The notes under the pieces: model-generated | Seen by the model: the letters and a program-made list of their open reading frames with translations, nothing else | Databases searched by the model: none | Told to the model about the DNA's origin: nothing | Made by a program: the position numbers and the translations under genes | Shown here: positions 10,401 through 18,130 of the stretch, in pieces | How the letters are laid out: each line of letters starts with the position of its first letter | Numbering within the stretch: the first letter of the stretch is position 1 | IMG/VR virus record: IMGVR_UViG_3300009537_002640 | Coordinates: 1 to 64,000 of that record | Reading direction: 5' to 3' (one strand) | Length of the DNA stretch: 64,000 bases

Positions 10401-12394
10401 AGAGAATTGAAATTACCTTGATTGTCGGCGCCGCTTATTTCTATTCCCAATACTGCAAATTCGGTCCAGCCACCATCTTTAATTAACCTTATGCGGTAGC
10501 CCTCATCTAGATGGTCAAAGTTTACTTCATAACCAGGTAGTGCGTAACCATCATTGACCACGAGCCAATCGTTTATACTGATATCTATCGAATATGCATC
10601 TGGTCTTGAATATCCATCTAGTGCATCTATTACTATTTGAGAAAACGGGTCTATTCTTTGAGAATCAGGTTCAGGGATAAATGGTTCAAAGACAGGCGGA
10701 GTTTGGTCAACAGTCTGGAATGAAAAAGTTCTCTGCCTTACTTCATTAACCCTGTTTGTAATTACAACCTCTACATCTACCTCGGTATATTCTGGGAGAG
10801 TAGGTTGCTGTATAACTACCCTATACCCATCCTCCAATTCAGTATACACAAGCGAATGGCCGTTAATAGCTACGCCATTAACAATTGCTGGGATGCCCTC
10901 AATAACAACCTGAAGTTCTTCTTTATCTACACCAAAAATAGCGTCAGCAAACTCAAAGCTTACATCGGTGGTTCTAGAGACTTCTATATATCCGTCCCCA
11001 GGATATTCATTTTGTACAACTGGGCCGCCGCCCATCTTTATGTAGAAGCTTTCAATAGTGGACGTACCATTATTATCTTCGCCATATAGATTAACATGGA
11101 AATTGCGTCCTTCTCTCCATCCACCGGTTTTATTTAATGTAACGTTGAATCCATCGAATCCGTTTGCAGTTATGGTTCCAAAGAATCCGGGCTGAATTAC
11201 CCCATCAACCACTACGTCGTCACCATCTATGTGTACTTGCAAGGTAGAAAGATTCGCTCCCGATATAAGATCGGGGCCCGTATCATAACCGTCATTGAAT
11301 TGGAAAAATATAGGATCATTGGCGCCGTGGCCAGCAGAAAAAGGCTGCGGGTCAAAGTTTACAAACTTAGGCGGAGGATCTACAGAGGAAGCTGTAGCAA
11401 AACTGTAAGTTAGGTATGCGAAAGAGCCATAAGCATCGGCAGCATCTAGCTCCATATTTATGACGGAACGCTCTGGCAATCCATTGAGAAATTCTATTGT
11501 TACCTGGTATCCATCATAACCATCCGAAAGACCCTCAGAAAATTCTTCATAAGTAACAAAATATCCATCTGTAGTGACTAACCCATTTTCAATTATAGGG
11601 AAGTCGTTCATACTAACATTTAAAGTACTCAGGTCTGGATTTTCATCCGAGTATATGAATACTACTGGGGTGCCTACTAGTACTTTAGTTTCCCCATCCA
11701 CAGGACTAACTGGGAAAAATACAGGCGGGAAAGCGTCATAGGGAGTATCGTAGATAAGCTCTTTTACTTCTTCTGGAAGTAAGGCGTAATTGTATATTCT
11801 AACGTCATCAATGTATCCATCAAATGAACTATCCCATGCACTTGATTCAGAATAGTTACCAATAATTAGAGGTGCGGTACTTATAAATACATCAGATATC
11901 CCGCTAACCGTATTGTCTATAGGGGCGCCATCAATGTACAAATTGTAATCTTGCCCACTACGAGTAACAGTTATAAGATGCCACTGACCATCATTTACAG
12001 CAGTTGAGCTAGATACTTGTGATACATTAGTTGAGCCATCTGAGCTGGCCGAGAAATCTATTAACCCACTGGAATCTAAAATTAGAGAAAAGCTATTGTT
12101 ATTGGTAGTATCATCTCTTTTGGTTATGATACCCTTGCTAGATGATAGTACAGTGGTTGTACTAACCCAGGCCGAAAGAGTAAACTCATTATTAGTGAAT
12201 TCAAATAAGTCCAAATCTCCTATTTCAACTCTATCTTCAGACCCTGGAAAAAATACACGAGCATTACCAAGAACCCCAGGCTCTATAGCAGTGCCGGTGA
12301 CGTTACCATTGTTCTCATTGGAGGTGCTGTCATTCGCAATGGAGCCTGATGTTTCGTCAAATTTCCAGTGTCCTATAATTCGTTGATCTGTCAT
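1490..12394 (-). CDS. Giant (3634 aa) acidic putative virion/surface protein: N-terminal LamG domain, ~22 tandem Ig-like repeats, an internal LamG, C-terminal beta-rich domain
   Basis: LamG motifs (HWKFDE, WHLITVT, FDGYIDDVRIYNYAL; second copy FNGKIDDLRISD). About 22 units start with P-x-F/I-x4-P and run ~110-120 aa each. No signal peptide is evident. Confidence 0.8.
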   Translation of the reverse strand: MTDQRIIGHWKFDETSGSIANDSTSNENNGNVTGTAIEPGVLGNARVFFPGSEDRVEIGDLDLFEFTNNEFTLSAWVSTTTVLSSSKGIITKRDDTTNNNSFSLILDSSGLIDFSASSDGSTNVSQVSSSTAVNDGQWHLITVTRSGQDYNLYIDGAPIDNTVSGISDVFISTAPLIIGNYSESSAWDSSFDGYIDDVRIYNYALLPEEVKELIYDTPYDAFPPVFFPVSPVDGETKVLVGTPVVFIYSDENPDLSTLNVSMNDFPIIENGLVTTDGYFVTYEEFSEGLSDGYDGYQVTIEFLNGLPERSVINMELDAADAYGSFAYLTYSFATASSVDPPPKFVNFDPQPFSAGHGANDPIFFQFNDGYDTGPDLISGANLSTLQVHIDGDDVVVDGVIQPGFFGTITANGFDGFNVTLNKTGGWREGRNFHVNLYGEDNNGTSTIESFYIKMGGGPVVQNEYPGDGYIEVSRTTDVSFEFADAIFGVDKEELQVVIEGIPAIVNGVAINGHSLVYTELEDGYRVVIQQPTLPEYTEVDVEVVITNRVNEVRQRTFSFQTVDQTPPVFEPFIPEPDSQRIDPFSQIVIDALDGYSRPDAYSIDISINDWLVVNDGYALPGYEVNFDHLDEGYRIRLIKDGGWTEFAVLGIEISGADNQGNFNSLFYYVSVDDISGPVITNRVPDDNEKAFAAADVTFQVHDSGGVGVIPDLLNVTIDGTPAIIDGTFQAGFTGSINLSIVEGFDGYSITIDPDDDFTLGTFVDVFVSTKDGYGNESTAAYTFEVADEVAPVITNLDPDDGETSSLRPYIRFGIHDSGGTGVDPIRLQMTVDGVPAIIDGEIAPHFAGLIDPTSVNGFDGYNVFVRWDDYFVPGSEHFVIIDGYDAVGNFSQLAYSFFTTIDTTPAIFDDFSPEPGETGVPFDTAVTFSFNDADGYIGNSNLFTLNITIDGNQAVENGFGVNGYNIVFSENGSDGYDIEVFLPSSLPEFYEVIVELDGYDSSDNFTSFQYSFRTADVTPPLIETVYPNPGDTGISPLTDVIFILLDGYSGVDLDTVNVTVDNEPAIINGELQDGYDANITPVVDGYQIELVGSNFAEGKTALVGVELQDIEGNLRSFAYSFDVADVTGPDFDSILPEPFDINVPNHINLSFDFIDYTSGADLNTLGVTANGVPLVTNGSPEPGIQLETSVIDSGYFVEVKELVFVEGEEIEIVLDGYDNSGNYTSISYLLTGAYIPPLFSNFSPVPFEISVPVDTDIEFDFTDAYGVNLDDLEILINGAPAVISGQPLDGYVVTYAPITDGYRVTLELEEPLSEFYNVVVELFGRDNNGIEGTFDYTFKTVSAFPPDFLFVTPPPFSVDQSEEENISFTIDDPADNGIFFDSIYVYLNFQPVILAGIAQDGYSVEISPNEDGYNIIIEHPPFEPYSMVFVSIEAITFDGNPGLFEYYYDVGKHGPPQVIPIDPLEGELDVPTDTDVVFEVRDINGVDLNGLTVDIDGIPAFRDGSFLFPFDDINSDIEEITDDEFRHFPDLVPVYIPVGTFYPPVPFHEVVYIDTDDDFDGYIDGYVDVDGYIDGYFVPDGYQLDGYFDDGYDGYISIQNVGYRFTFDRRTDFKLSSVVTVQVHAADLEGNEGDRTYAFSIVDDTGPPIFANVDPFPDEEDVELDRPLTFDFIDIGSGAFLSTLDVTLGITQAIIGGEFQDGYSGFTEYFRDAYGDGYHVTVYPNDGWPNHATITVSLYGEDCVGNSAQFDFSFLTEDVQGPVFEHIYPAPDAIDVPTDTAIRFEFNDTGGSGTNKDTLDIRILGSFVVIDGNALDGYVVEITPNAKDGYDVQLFMPERFPEYEAIDIVLSGSDNDGNFAFFEYSWITADETGPVFDRLVPRFPDAKITGTGPIYADILDPHSGVDFDSIGITIDGTSYVDSGVIKPTGFVTEFIEIDDGYRVVIESVGPLPHDIDSDTVALWRMDTSGTVLEATGNSALDGIIVGATLVPGMFDNALSFDGINDRVDVSADSELRMQDFAIEAWINPTTLTGNHVIYTYNPRQTVAESRGVVFKITSTGALAIDLGDGNASFSSVTSAPGLVPTGSYTHIAAVVSRTHDFVKLLVDGAVVATSTFPISSIVYSNGASGSPATARVLIGARVSPFAGTIIDVFNGKIDDLRISDGPRTISSIANSYNRGQSPSFAEFTSVYVDLFATDNAGNDGYISYFFNTLDETPPVFSNFIPASGEIRVDTSTDIVFDFIDVHSGPDIDTLNITIDGNLVVEDGLGVESDIYVTPIVDGYNIVVDLDYPLPEFRNIVVILDGYDIDPNQTIYTYQFSTDDFTSPVLDNELPVDGSIQVNPFTDIVFDIHDTGGSGLQLSTVNVQIDDRNAIVLGETQGGWDAIIEQTWVDGYDGYNFHISSDSRYALDSDIRVLIDGYDAYGNYMLTDFAFHTFIDEEEPEIVNLVPAPNDIEIALNSSVVFDIIDGYDVDISRLDVHIDNNPAIIDGLLQPGYNDTSSGIEQIVDGYHVEIDPEFDFFYNQQVTVVVDGYDFSDNHVHFEYYFYTIADTAGPVVSNRNPDSFEVEVSLDSDVSFDITDAVAGVDLDRLDVHIDSIPAVINGVFQPGYDGSSAGIEPIFDGYHIVVDPVGTQEFDFNQIIVVTVDGYDFADNHTNDVYWFATIADVDAPSITNLDPFPGEVEVPVDTDIAFDITDSVSGVDMTRLDVYVNDVPAVTDGEIKAPWSDPESGITPIVDGYRVVLDQFVNFDYNELQTVIIDGYDYADNHVHFVYDFLTKVDVNGPTIIPIDPVDTQGGVARSPTIEIRIVDDETGVDFDRFNLTIDNILVMEEGEFVVGSGFDGPYSQVIQRLDGYDITIDSSVIFDPSYLVRVVVDGYDYASNQTHFEYTFSIIDDEGPLVFDFHPEPNSVDAEGEPLHVSFGIRDRGDGEVNLSTLLIEVSNNADEPFLVSYEPVDEFQNGWSGVISNQPDGDGYVIDMYKDEQAESFAVFTFRITAADNRGNVAVNKIGKEGGFIDAASGAVTGFNTIDVGEFFIDSNQLTSGDLAIIAGTGAAVVDGYTTDEIVFDRQIAAGGTVDVSIYRGSFMAERRIFRPQFAEATSIKTVDLTFSDPPVIGGTELSPGAYTISGGDYPINVIAVAQQDDDTFELTFNVPMQALVIYTVTVDSVGIVNEFGFTIDDGYESVDFSGYPDIVGPRVLAAVNEPFNVNVTVVFNEAMTQDSNLTNPNNYHISDGAIVKAVTADPKELDRVVLTVDRLYGRSTFDVFVASDEIRDYFGNKFDLYYNHGVVTMKPTTAALSGITGRVKSRNAVRRMYEDHTNWYLATSGGIDVVSKIELENVGFVLDGYGFNAITADTEDIYFGRSDGYVEDAYGVRRLSFNDLHRDSSERVQDAFNEGTSPSIPSNEVNDLFTATNASNGFLAVATVAGATLIKDNASGVNYSLGSDISSIHMDDGGSVLYLANNTLGRVEVYYNVHLDAVDSTVPDAYYSVTTTPEISNSIINQIKITNNTSIIDDYSNTIYVATDYGLTVIHTDESIPGSSETGGISLTYGTEGSGTTFEILGGQVDRVVAVDVNLQQQQAFVATKDSSLGGGVTIINLPSNTRFQFASQEAGTLISNDVRDVIVKNL
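7611..7720 (-). repeat. Intragenic tandem array encoding 8 DGY tripeptides (DFDGYIDGYVDVDGYIDGYFVPDGYQLDGYFDDGYDGY)
   Basis: Visible in the translation. An exact 20-bp DNA repeat tatccatctatgtatccgtc occurs at 7668-7687 and 7698-7717. Confidence 0.9.
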
Positions 12395-12396
12395 AG

Positions 12397-12897
12397 TTAA
12401 CCTACGTGGATAACATTATATCCGTATGCATCCAATATGAATCCCTCATTCATTAGTGATACTTTATTTACCACATCAACCCCTGATTCGGTTTTTATGT
12501 ACCATCTATCTTCATCTTCTTCTATCTCGATAACTGATGTGCCTGATTTTAGTCTACCATTTCCAACTGCTATAGATTGTACAGTATCAGATACATTAGG
12601 GCGGTAAGCTAGTGAAAAGGCATACGAGTTGTTGTTTGGATCTACCTCTTCTCCATTAAATGCTCTAACATTAGAGTCTACGGTAACAACAAAAGAATCA
12701 AATTCAAACAAATTTTCTACCGTTAATCTTACCTGTTTTTCATCTATTTGCGTCACTGATGTGGTAAAAGCACCATGAGTAAATGTGTAATTATCCGGGT
12801 CTATCAATTGATCATCAGATAGCATAACAGTATCAAAATGAACCTCTACGGTTACTGGCCATGGGCGATTGATAGCATTAATAACTTTTGGTCCCAT
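12397..12897 (-). CDS. 166 aa protein paralogous to a C-terminal segment of the giant protein (Ig-like plus beta-rich module)
   Basis: GPKVINAINRPW...EDEDRWYIKTESGVDVVNKVSLMNEGFILDAYGYNVI aligns by eye with GPRVLAAVNEPF...EDHTNWYLATSGGIDVVSKIELENVGFVLDGYGFNAI in the 3634 aa protein. Confidence 0.8.
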   Translation of the reverse strand: MGPKVINAINRPWPVTVEVHFDTVMLSDDQLIDPDNYTFTHGAFTTSVTQIDEKQVRLTVENLFEFDSFVVTVDSNVRAFNGEEVDPNNNSYAFSLAYRPNVSDTVQSIAVGNGRLKSGTSVIEIEEDEDRWYIKTESGVDVVNKVSLMNEGFILDAYGYNVIHVG

Positions 12898-15800
12898 TAT
12901 CGTTTCAACCTTGCCCCTTTGTATCTTTCGAATATCTCAGTAGAAGTACGAACAGAATTAGATACTCTTACGGCCCCTATAGAGCCATCAAAATATTCAT
13001 CCGTTGACGGCCAATATATCCCCATATACACATCAGCTGTACTAACATGGTTGCCCGTCATAAGCGAATTTTCTGTTTGTCCCAATTGTCGACCGTCAAG
13101 ATACAACGCTAATCTTTTGTCGGCAAAACTATACGTAAACGCTACATAGTGCCAAGCCCCAGCAGTAATTGTACCTAAAGTCAATTGAACGCTTTCTCCT
13201 ACATTATCCATAACTTCTGCAGCAAGATAGCCGTCTGAGCCAACACCTAGAGAAAAGCCTGCACCACCTACTTCTATGCGATTTAGCAATCTTCCATTAT
13301 GCAATGTATCAGCTTGAAACCAACATTCTACAGATAGGTCTTCGTGATCCCATTCAGAGTTAGCAGGTATAACTACGTAATCAGCTGTACCATCAAAAAT
13401 ACGGGCTTTCTCGCCGCTGGAAGAAACACTCAACAGTGGTTCACTTCTTGGAGAGCCGCCATGAATTTCGTTAAACAAATAGCCGTCGCGCTCATCATTG
13501 TTAAAACCCCTCACCTGCATATTATTCCATTCATAATCAAATGTTCCAGTGGTTGCATATTCGGCACGAAGGACATTTCCTATCTGAATCCAACAATCAT
13601 CTTCGGGTCCGGTTGCCTGCCCTAATAATGTTGTTGGTTCAGCCCCATTTATCCCGTAATATGTTCTCCACTTATTACCTTCTCTAGTAAAACGTGTGCT
13701 TATTGAACTAGGAACTACAGCTCCAAATTCAGTAGTGCTAATCGTACTGTACAGATAAGAATATATCCTATTTCTGTTGTTTGATCCATCAAACCATTCA
13801 TCATATACAATGTAAACTGCTACGCCCGATGCTGTTCGCATTCTAACTTCGGACCTATCGGTGCTGCTAGTTGCCCACGGTTGAGGTCTGCTTGGCAAGC
13901 TAGGCATATCTATTCTGAAATCAAAATTCCCAGTGACTCTTAATCCTCCCCGAGAATCTATGAAGACCTGAGAATAGTCTCCGCCTATGTGGTCATTTCT
14001 CAGAACTATATTGCCCCCGGATACAAAAACATCGTTGGAGCCATTTCCTAATAAAGAATCGCCTACTGCTGGGAAAAAACGACGAAAATCATCTGTATCG
14101 GCATAACTAGCCAAAGCGTTGTACGCTAATGGAATAGAGCGATTACTGGTCATTATTTGTCGTCCAGGATCTTCACTAAAATCCCAAATAACCATTGTGT
14201 GTTCGTCTTCTACAAACCCAATCTTGGGGTCATCTGCTGCATGATAAGTATTGTATATTTCCCATGGGGCCCGCACTACATTAGAGAAACGAATGTCGGC
14301 TATATCACCATCGAAATAAAATGTTGCAGATGAGCCTCGACGACCTACAGCGAATGAATTTGTAGTATTGGCGGTTATGCCTGCCGAAATAGTATCTACC
14401 AATTCGCCATCTAAATACCCAGAGAGGTTAGAACCATCGTGAGTCATAGCAAAATGATACCACCTATTGGTCAAAATCTGAGGGCCAGTGAGTGTAAAGC
14501 CAGAACCGTTAGCAGAATTGTACCTTATGTTCATATTTGCGTCGAGGTCGACCCCCCATCCATTAGAATTGTATGCCTCTTTGGAAACTATGTACTGATA
14601 ATCACCAGTAACGCTATGAGCCCTAAACCACCCCTCAATAGTAAATGGAGAACCAATATCAAATGCCGCATCGTCACTATACATATATCCCTGACTACCA
14701 TCAAATCTTGCGCAATGAGTAAAGGGCACTTCGTTATCATCTGCTAGTGCAAGATTACACCCAAGACGAGCCCGTAGGTCTAATGCAGAATTGCCCTTAA
14801 CATTAGTTCCTATTCGTTCTATGAATGGATTTGCTTCCATCAGTCTGAACGTATCAAACTCTGCAGATATAAAAGATGCACCAGTAAATGCGTTGCCAAG
14901 ATATAACGCAGTGCCACTAGTTGTTGTTGCCCAAGTCTGTTCCGTCAACTGATCATTTATGTATAGCTCAATATAATGACTACTAGTATTGCCAGGATCT
15001 AACTCATAACCCCTAACCTCTATTTCGGTCCAATCTTTGGTAAAATCAATTCCGTTCGGGAGTCCAAAGCTTATGGAGCCCTGATCATTAATAATAGTAA
15101 AAGTGTCAACTCCACCATAAACACGCCATCTAGTTCCATCTATAACACTATAGAGAATAGTGTGATTGCTTGCTGTAGGAGTGAAGGGGTTTACGTCTTC
15201 GTCCCTATGTCTAAATTTAATAGTAAAGCCATTAGAAAATTGAGGTACGTAACTAGAGTCATTGGAGCGCCACATGCGGCTATAACTCGATGTAACATTG
15301 AAATTATAGTAGGTCATAGTACCCTTAAATTCCGGTCTCAATGTTTCGCTACTTGAATCTCCAGTGAAATTACTAGGTGGATCATGAACATCACCACCAA
15401 TTGTACTGAAATCAAAATTAAGCTTTGGTGCAGAGCCAGTTGTTTGAGATTCTGCCCGAATTGTTTTATTCATAGGCCACAATGCTACAGTGTTCGCATC
15501 TACTTGCAATCTGCGACCAGAACGAGTAACTACAGGCTGGAGTGCTTGGGCAGCCTGAACGAGTGTAACAGTCACCTCGGGAGAATCAGGACTAGCCTGA
15601 GAAACAGATACGGCTCTAATTTTTGTCCCGGGCTCTTGATTAGAAAAAGGTATACTCATTGAGAATTGTCCATTCTCAGCCGCTATGGTGTACCCATCGG
15701 CAATCAGCCCCTCATCCGTATGTAATTCTGTATGAACGCCATTTAGTGGGGGTACTCTACCCTTGATGCTTACAACGCTAAAAACCTTATCACCGCTGTT

Positions 15801-17939
15801 AGGGTATTCATAATGTACTGGTATAGTAGTAAAATGCCACACATTGCCTGTCGTTCGTCCGCCATAACCAACAGTATCAATTCTCCAGTAATAAGTAGTC
15901 CCCGGATCAAGAGTAGGTAAAACAAAACTCAGCTCGGTTTGTGCACTTTGATAAGTACCCATAAGAATATCACTGGTTACCCCATCCTCATCTTTTCCAA
16001 AATACACCTCATAAGTATTGGCATCTACAGCCGCTCCCCAAGTTATAGACTTGCCTTCAAGCTCTACAAAAGTTGCGCCATTTTCTGGGGTAGGGCTATT
16101 AGGTTGCCCTGGAGGCGGAAGGAACACAACCGTGGTAAAGCTCCACACATCTCCAGTAGTAGTCCCACCTTCGCTAACCTCGTCGATTCTCCAATAATAA
16201 GTAGTGTTGAGTTCAAGAATACCTGGTTCATATGTTGTAGTAGCCTGATTACCTTTAAATGTACCGCCAGTACCATTAGTTACGTCGGTTTGATTGGTTC
16301 CAAAGTACACGTCACTGGTTAATGTGCCCTCACCAGTTACATCCCAACTCAAATCATCGGTAAGAAATATATCAGTGGCGCCATTAGACGGACTTGGGTT
16401 AGATGCCTGATCTGGAGGCGGCACAAATTCCTGGGTACTCATCACCAACAACATCATTTGCCTTAGATCATTTCCAGAAGTAGAAGGAGAGGTAGAATAT
16501 AGCTCCCAGGATTGTTCTACATTTGGAGTTTCACCAGTGAGCAATTCAAATATCCATGGACCAACTACGGAGCCGTCAGTGCCAGTGTAGTTAGAGTTGT
16601 CACCATGCCATTGAACAGCATATGATTGAGAATCCCATATCTTGGTTCCATCTCTGGTAACATCACCAGCAATACCTCTGCTAGTTGTGCTAAAACTTCC
16701 GTCACCTTCAGATTGCACAGAGCCAAATACTATAACTTCGCCTGTGGAGTCTGGAGTAAAACTAAGAGTAGAGCCGCGTTGGGTCCTATTAGTGTTAGCG
16801 GGTGGTGTAGAACCCTCATCAATATCGAAATATGTGAAATTAGCAAATGAATTTAGGCGTATAACAATAATTCTAGCTTCGTCTTTTTCGGCTGCTGAAA
16901 ATGAACGATATTCCGTAACAAGGGTAATTGGAGATGCTGGGGGAGCTGTCTTAATTCCCCATCCGGTATAGCAGTGTTCTTCGTTTCCTAAGTTACCGGT
17001 ACCGATACCTGATTGAAACACTGTGGTTGAGTTAGTAACGTCGCGAAGACGCATAATCATATTACCAGGTATGTTGTCAAAAGCCGCCACGCCTATACAC
17101 AAATAATCAGATGTACCGTCTGGAGTAAAGGTTAGTACTGCAGGATTCCAATCAGCAAATACCCAGGAAGAATTAGCTACTGTGTCAGATAGGTTTATTT
17201 TTTGGGACGCCCCGCTATTTGGTCTCACTAATGTATAGCTGGTACTTCCTTGTGTGCTAGCAAAAACGTTAAGTGGAGATGCTCCATTGATAGCATTAAT
17301 AATAGCCGTTCGTACAGTGCTAGAAGAATCCCCTGGATTCAGAGTAACAGCAATATTGCCAGGAGTTACCCCATCGCCACTAATATCGAATTCGAATGTC
17401 TGGACATTGCCTTCTGTGTCATCGATAGTAAATGTTTCACCATCAACTAGTGTAGACGCCGCCTGATTTTCAATTACAGCAGATGGTTGACTAAATGAAT
17501 GATGAACATGCTGTGAACGAGATGAATCGACAACGTGAAACCAGTCTTCATTCTCGACAAGTCCTGCAGAGTCTAGGTCTATAGCCATTAGTGAGCAGTT
17601 ACGAGCAACACCATTGTTTGAATTGCTGCGCTGAACTGTTAGAGTAATATCTTGCCCAGCTACAGCAGTCCACAATGTACAGCCTTTGTACTGGTGCACA
17701 TTGCTTCCGCCACCAGGAGAAGAATAATCACCACGGATATTATTGTCAGGAGATCCGCCGAAATTCAACCTACAGAATGCACCATGAGAGCCACCTAAGG
17801 TGTGAATAGTGCCAAAAACAAGATACCGGTGCCCTGCAACCAGTTCGGTGTTGCTGATAGTGCATACGGTTAATTCTGTAGAGCTTACAGAAAGCTGGGT
17901 GGTGTGATACGCCTTATCAAATAATACTGTAACAGCCAT
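12897..17939 (-). CDS. 1680 aa putative virion/receptor-binding protein with two FnIII-like repeats and several LamG (concanavalin-like) domains
   Basis: Two repeats ending TYYWRID...G.VW[SH]FTT. LamG motifs RWYHFAMTHDG...FDGDIADIRFSN and AWHYVAFTYS...FDGSIGAVRVSN. Confidence 0.75.
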   Translation of the reverse strand: MAVTVLFDKAYHTTQLSVSSTELTVCTISNTELVAGHRYLVFGTIHTLGGSHGAFCRLNFGGSPDNNIRGDYSSPGGGSNVHQYKGCTLWTAVAGQDITLTVQRSNSNNGVARNCSLMAIDLDSAGLVENEDWFHVVDSSRSQHVHHSFSQPSAVIENQAASTLVDGETFTIDDTEGNVQTFEFDISGDGVTPGNIAVTLNPGDSSSTVRTAIINAINGASPLNVFASTQGSTSYTLVRPNSGASQKINLSDTVANSSWVFADWNPAVLTFTPDGTSDYLCIGVAAFDNIPGNMIMRLRDVTNSTTVFQSGIGTGNLGNEEHCYTGWGIKTAPPASPITLVTEYRSFSAAEKDEARIIVIRLNSFANFTYFDIDEGSTPPANTNRTQRGSTLSFTPDSTGEVIVFGSVQSEGDGSFSTTSRGIAGDVTRDGTKIWDSQSYAVQWHGDNSNYTGTDGSVVGPWIFELLTGETPNVEQSWELYSTSPSTSGNDLRQMMLLVMSTQEFVPPPDQASNPSPSNGATDIFLTDDLSWDVTGEGTLTSDVYFGTNQTDVTNGTGGTFKGNQATTTYEPGILELNTTYYWRIDEVSEGGTTTGDVWSFTTVVFLPPPGQPNSPTPENGATFVELEGKSITWGAAVDANTYEVYFGKDEDGVTSDILMGTYQSAQTELSFVLPTLDPGTTYYWRIDTVGYGGRTTGNVWHFTTIPVHYEYPNSGDKVFSVVSIKGRVPPLNGVHTELHTDEGLIADGYTIAAENGQFSMSIPFSNQEPGTKIRAVSVSQASPDSPEVTVTLVQAAQALQPVVTRSGRRLQVDANTVALWPMNKTIRAESQTTGSAPKLNFDFSTIGGDVHDPPSNFTGDSSSETLRPEFKGTMTYYNFNVTSSYSRMWRSNDSSYVPQFSNGFTIKFRHRDEDVNPFTPTASNHTILYSVIDGTRWRVYGGVDTFTIINDQGSISFGLPNGIDFTKDWTEIEVRGYELDPGNTSSHYIELYINDQLTEQTWATTTSGTALYLGNAFTGASFISAEFDTFRLMEANPFIERIGTNVKGNSALDLRARLGCNLALADDNEVPFTHCARFDGSQGYMYSDDAAFDIGSPFTIEGWFRAHSVTGDYQYIVSKEAYNSNGWGVDLDANMNIRYNSANGSGFTLTGPQILTNRWYHFAMTHDGSNLSGYLDGELVDTISAGITANTTNSFAVGRRGSSATFYFDGDIADIRFSNVVRAPWEIYNTYHAADDPKIGFVEDEHTMVIWDFSEDPGRQIMTSNRSIPLAYNALASYADTDDFRRFFPAVGDSLLGNGSNDVFVSGGNIVLRNDHIGGDYSQVFIDSRGGLRVTGNFDFRIDMPSLPSRPQPWATSSTDRSEVRMRTASGVAVYIVYDEWFDGSNNRNRIYSYLYSTISTTEFGAVVPSSISTRFTREGNKWRTYYGINGAEPTTLLGQATGPEDDCWIQIGNVLRAEYATTGTFDYEWNNMQVRGFNNDERDGYLFNEIHGGSPRSEPLLSVSSSGEKARIFDGTADYVVIPANSEWDHEDLSVECWFQADTLHNGRLLNRIEVGGAGFSLGVGSDGYLAAEVMDNVGESVQLTLGTITAGAWHYVAFTYSFADKRLALYLDGRQLGQTENSLMTGNHVSTADVYMGIYWPSTDEYFDGSIGAVRVSNSVRTSTEIFERYKGARLKR

Positions 17940-18036
17940 ATATGGTTATTCCTGAAAGTGAATAGTAAAAGGCGGGACTGCTATTAAAAGCAGCATAAAA
18001 AGAAGGTTTTTAAAGCAGCACGCCTGAGAAAACTAC

Positions 18037-18096
18037 AAATAAAAATAGGCACTTAAAGACATAGTGATCCTCTTGCACCACGTCTTTAAGTGCCTA
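18037..18096 (-). terminator. Rho-independent terminator after phoH, separating the metabolic block from the structural block
   Basis: Perfect 15-bp inverted repeat (taggcacttaaagac 18046-18060 / gtctttaagtgccta 18082-18096). It extends to 21 bp with G-U pairs in minus-strand RNA, has a 9-nt loop, and is followed on the minus strand by TTTTTATTT. Confidence 0.85.
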
Positions 18097-18130
18097 CAAC
18101 ACGTACAAATAAGCAAAAATATTAATAGTT

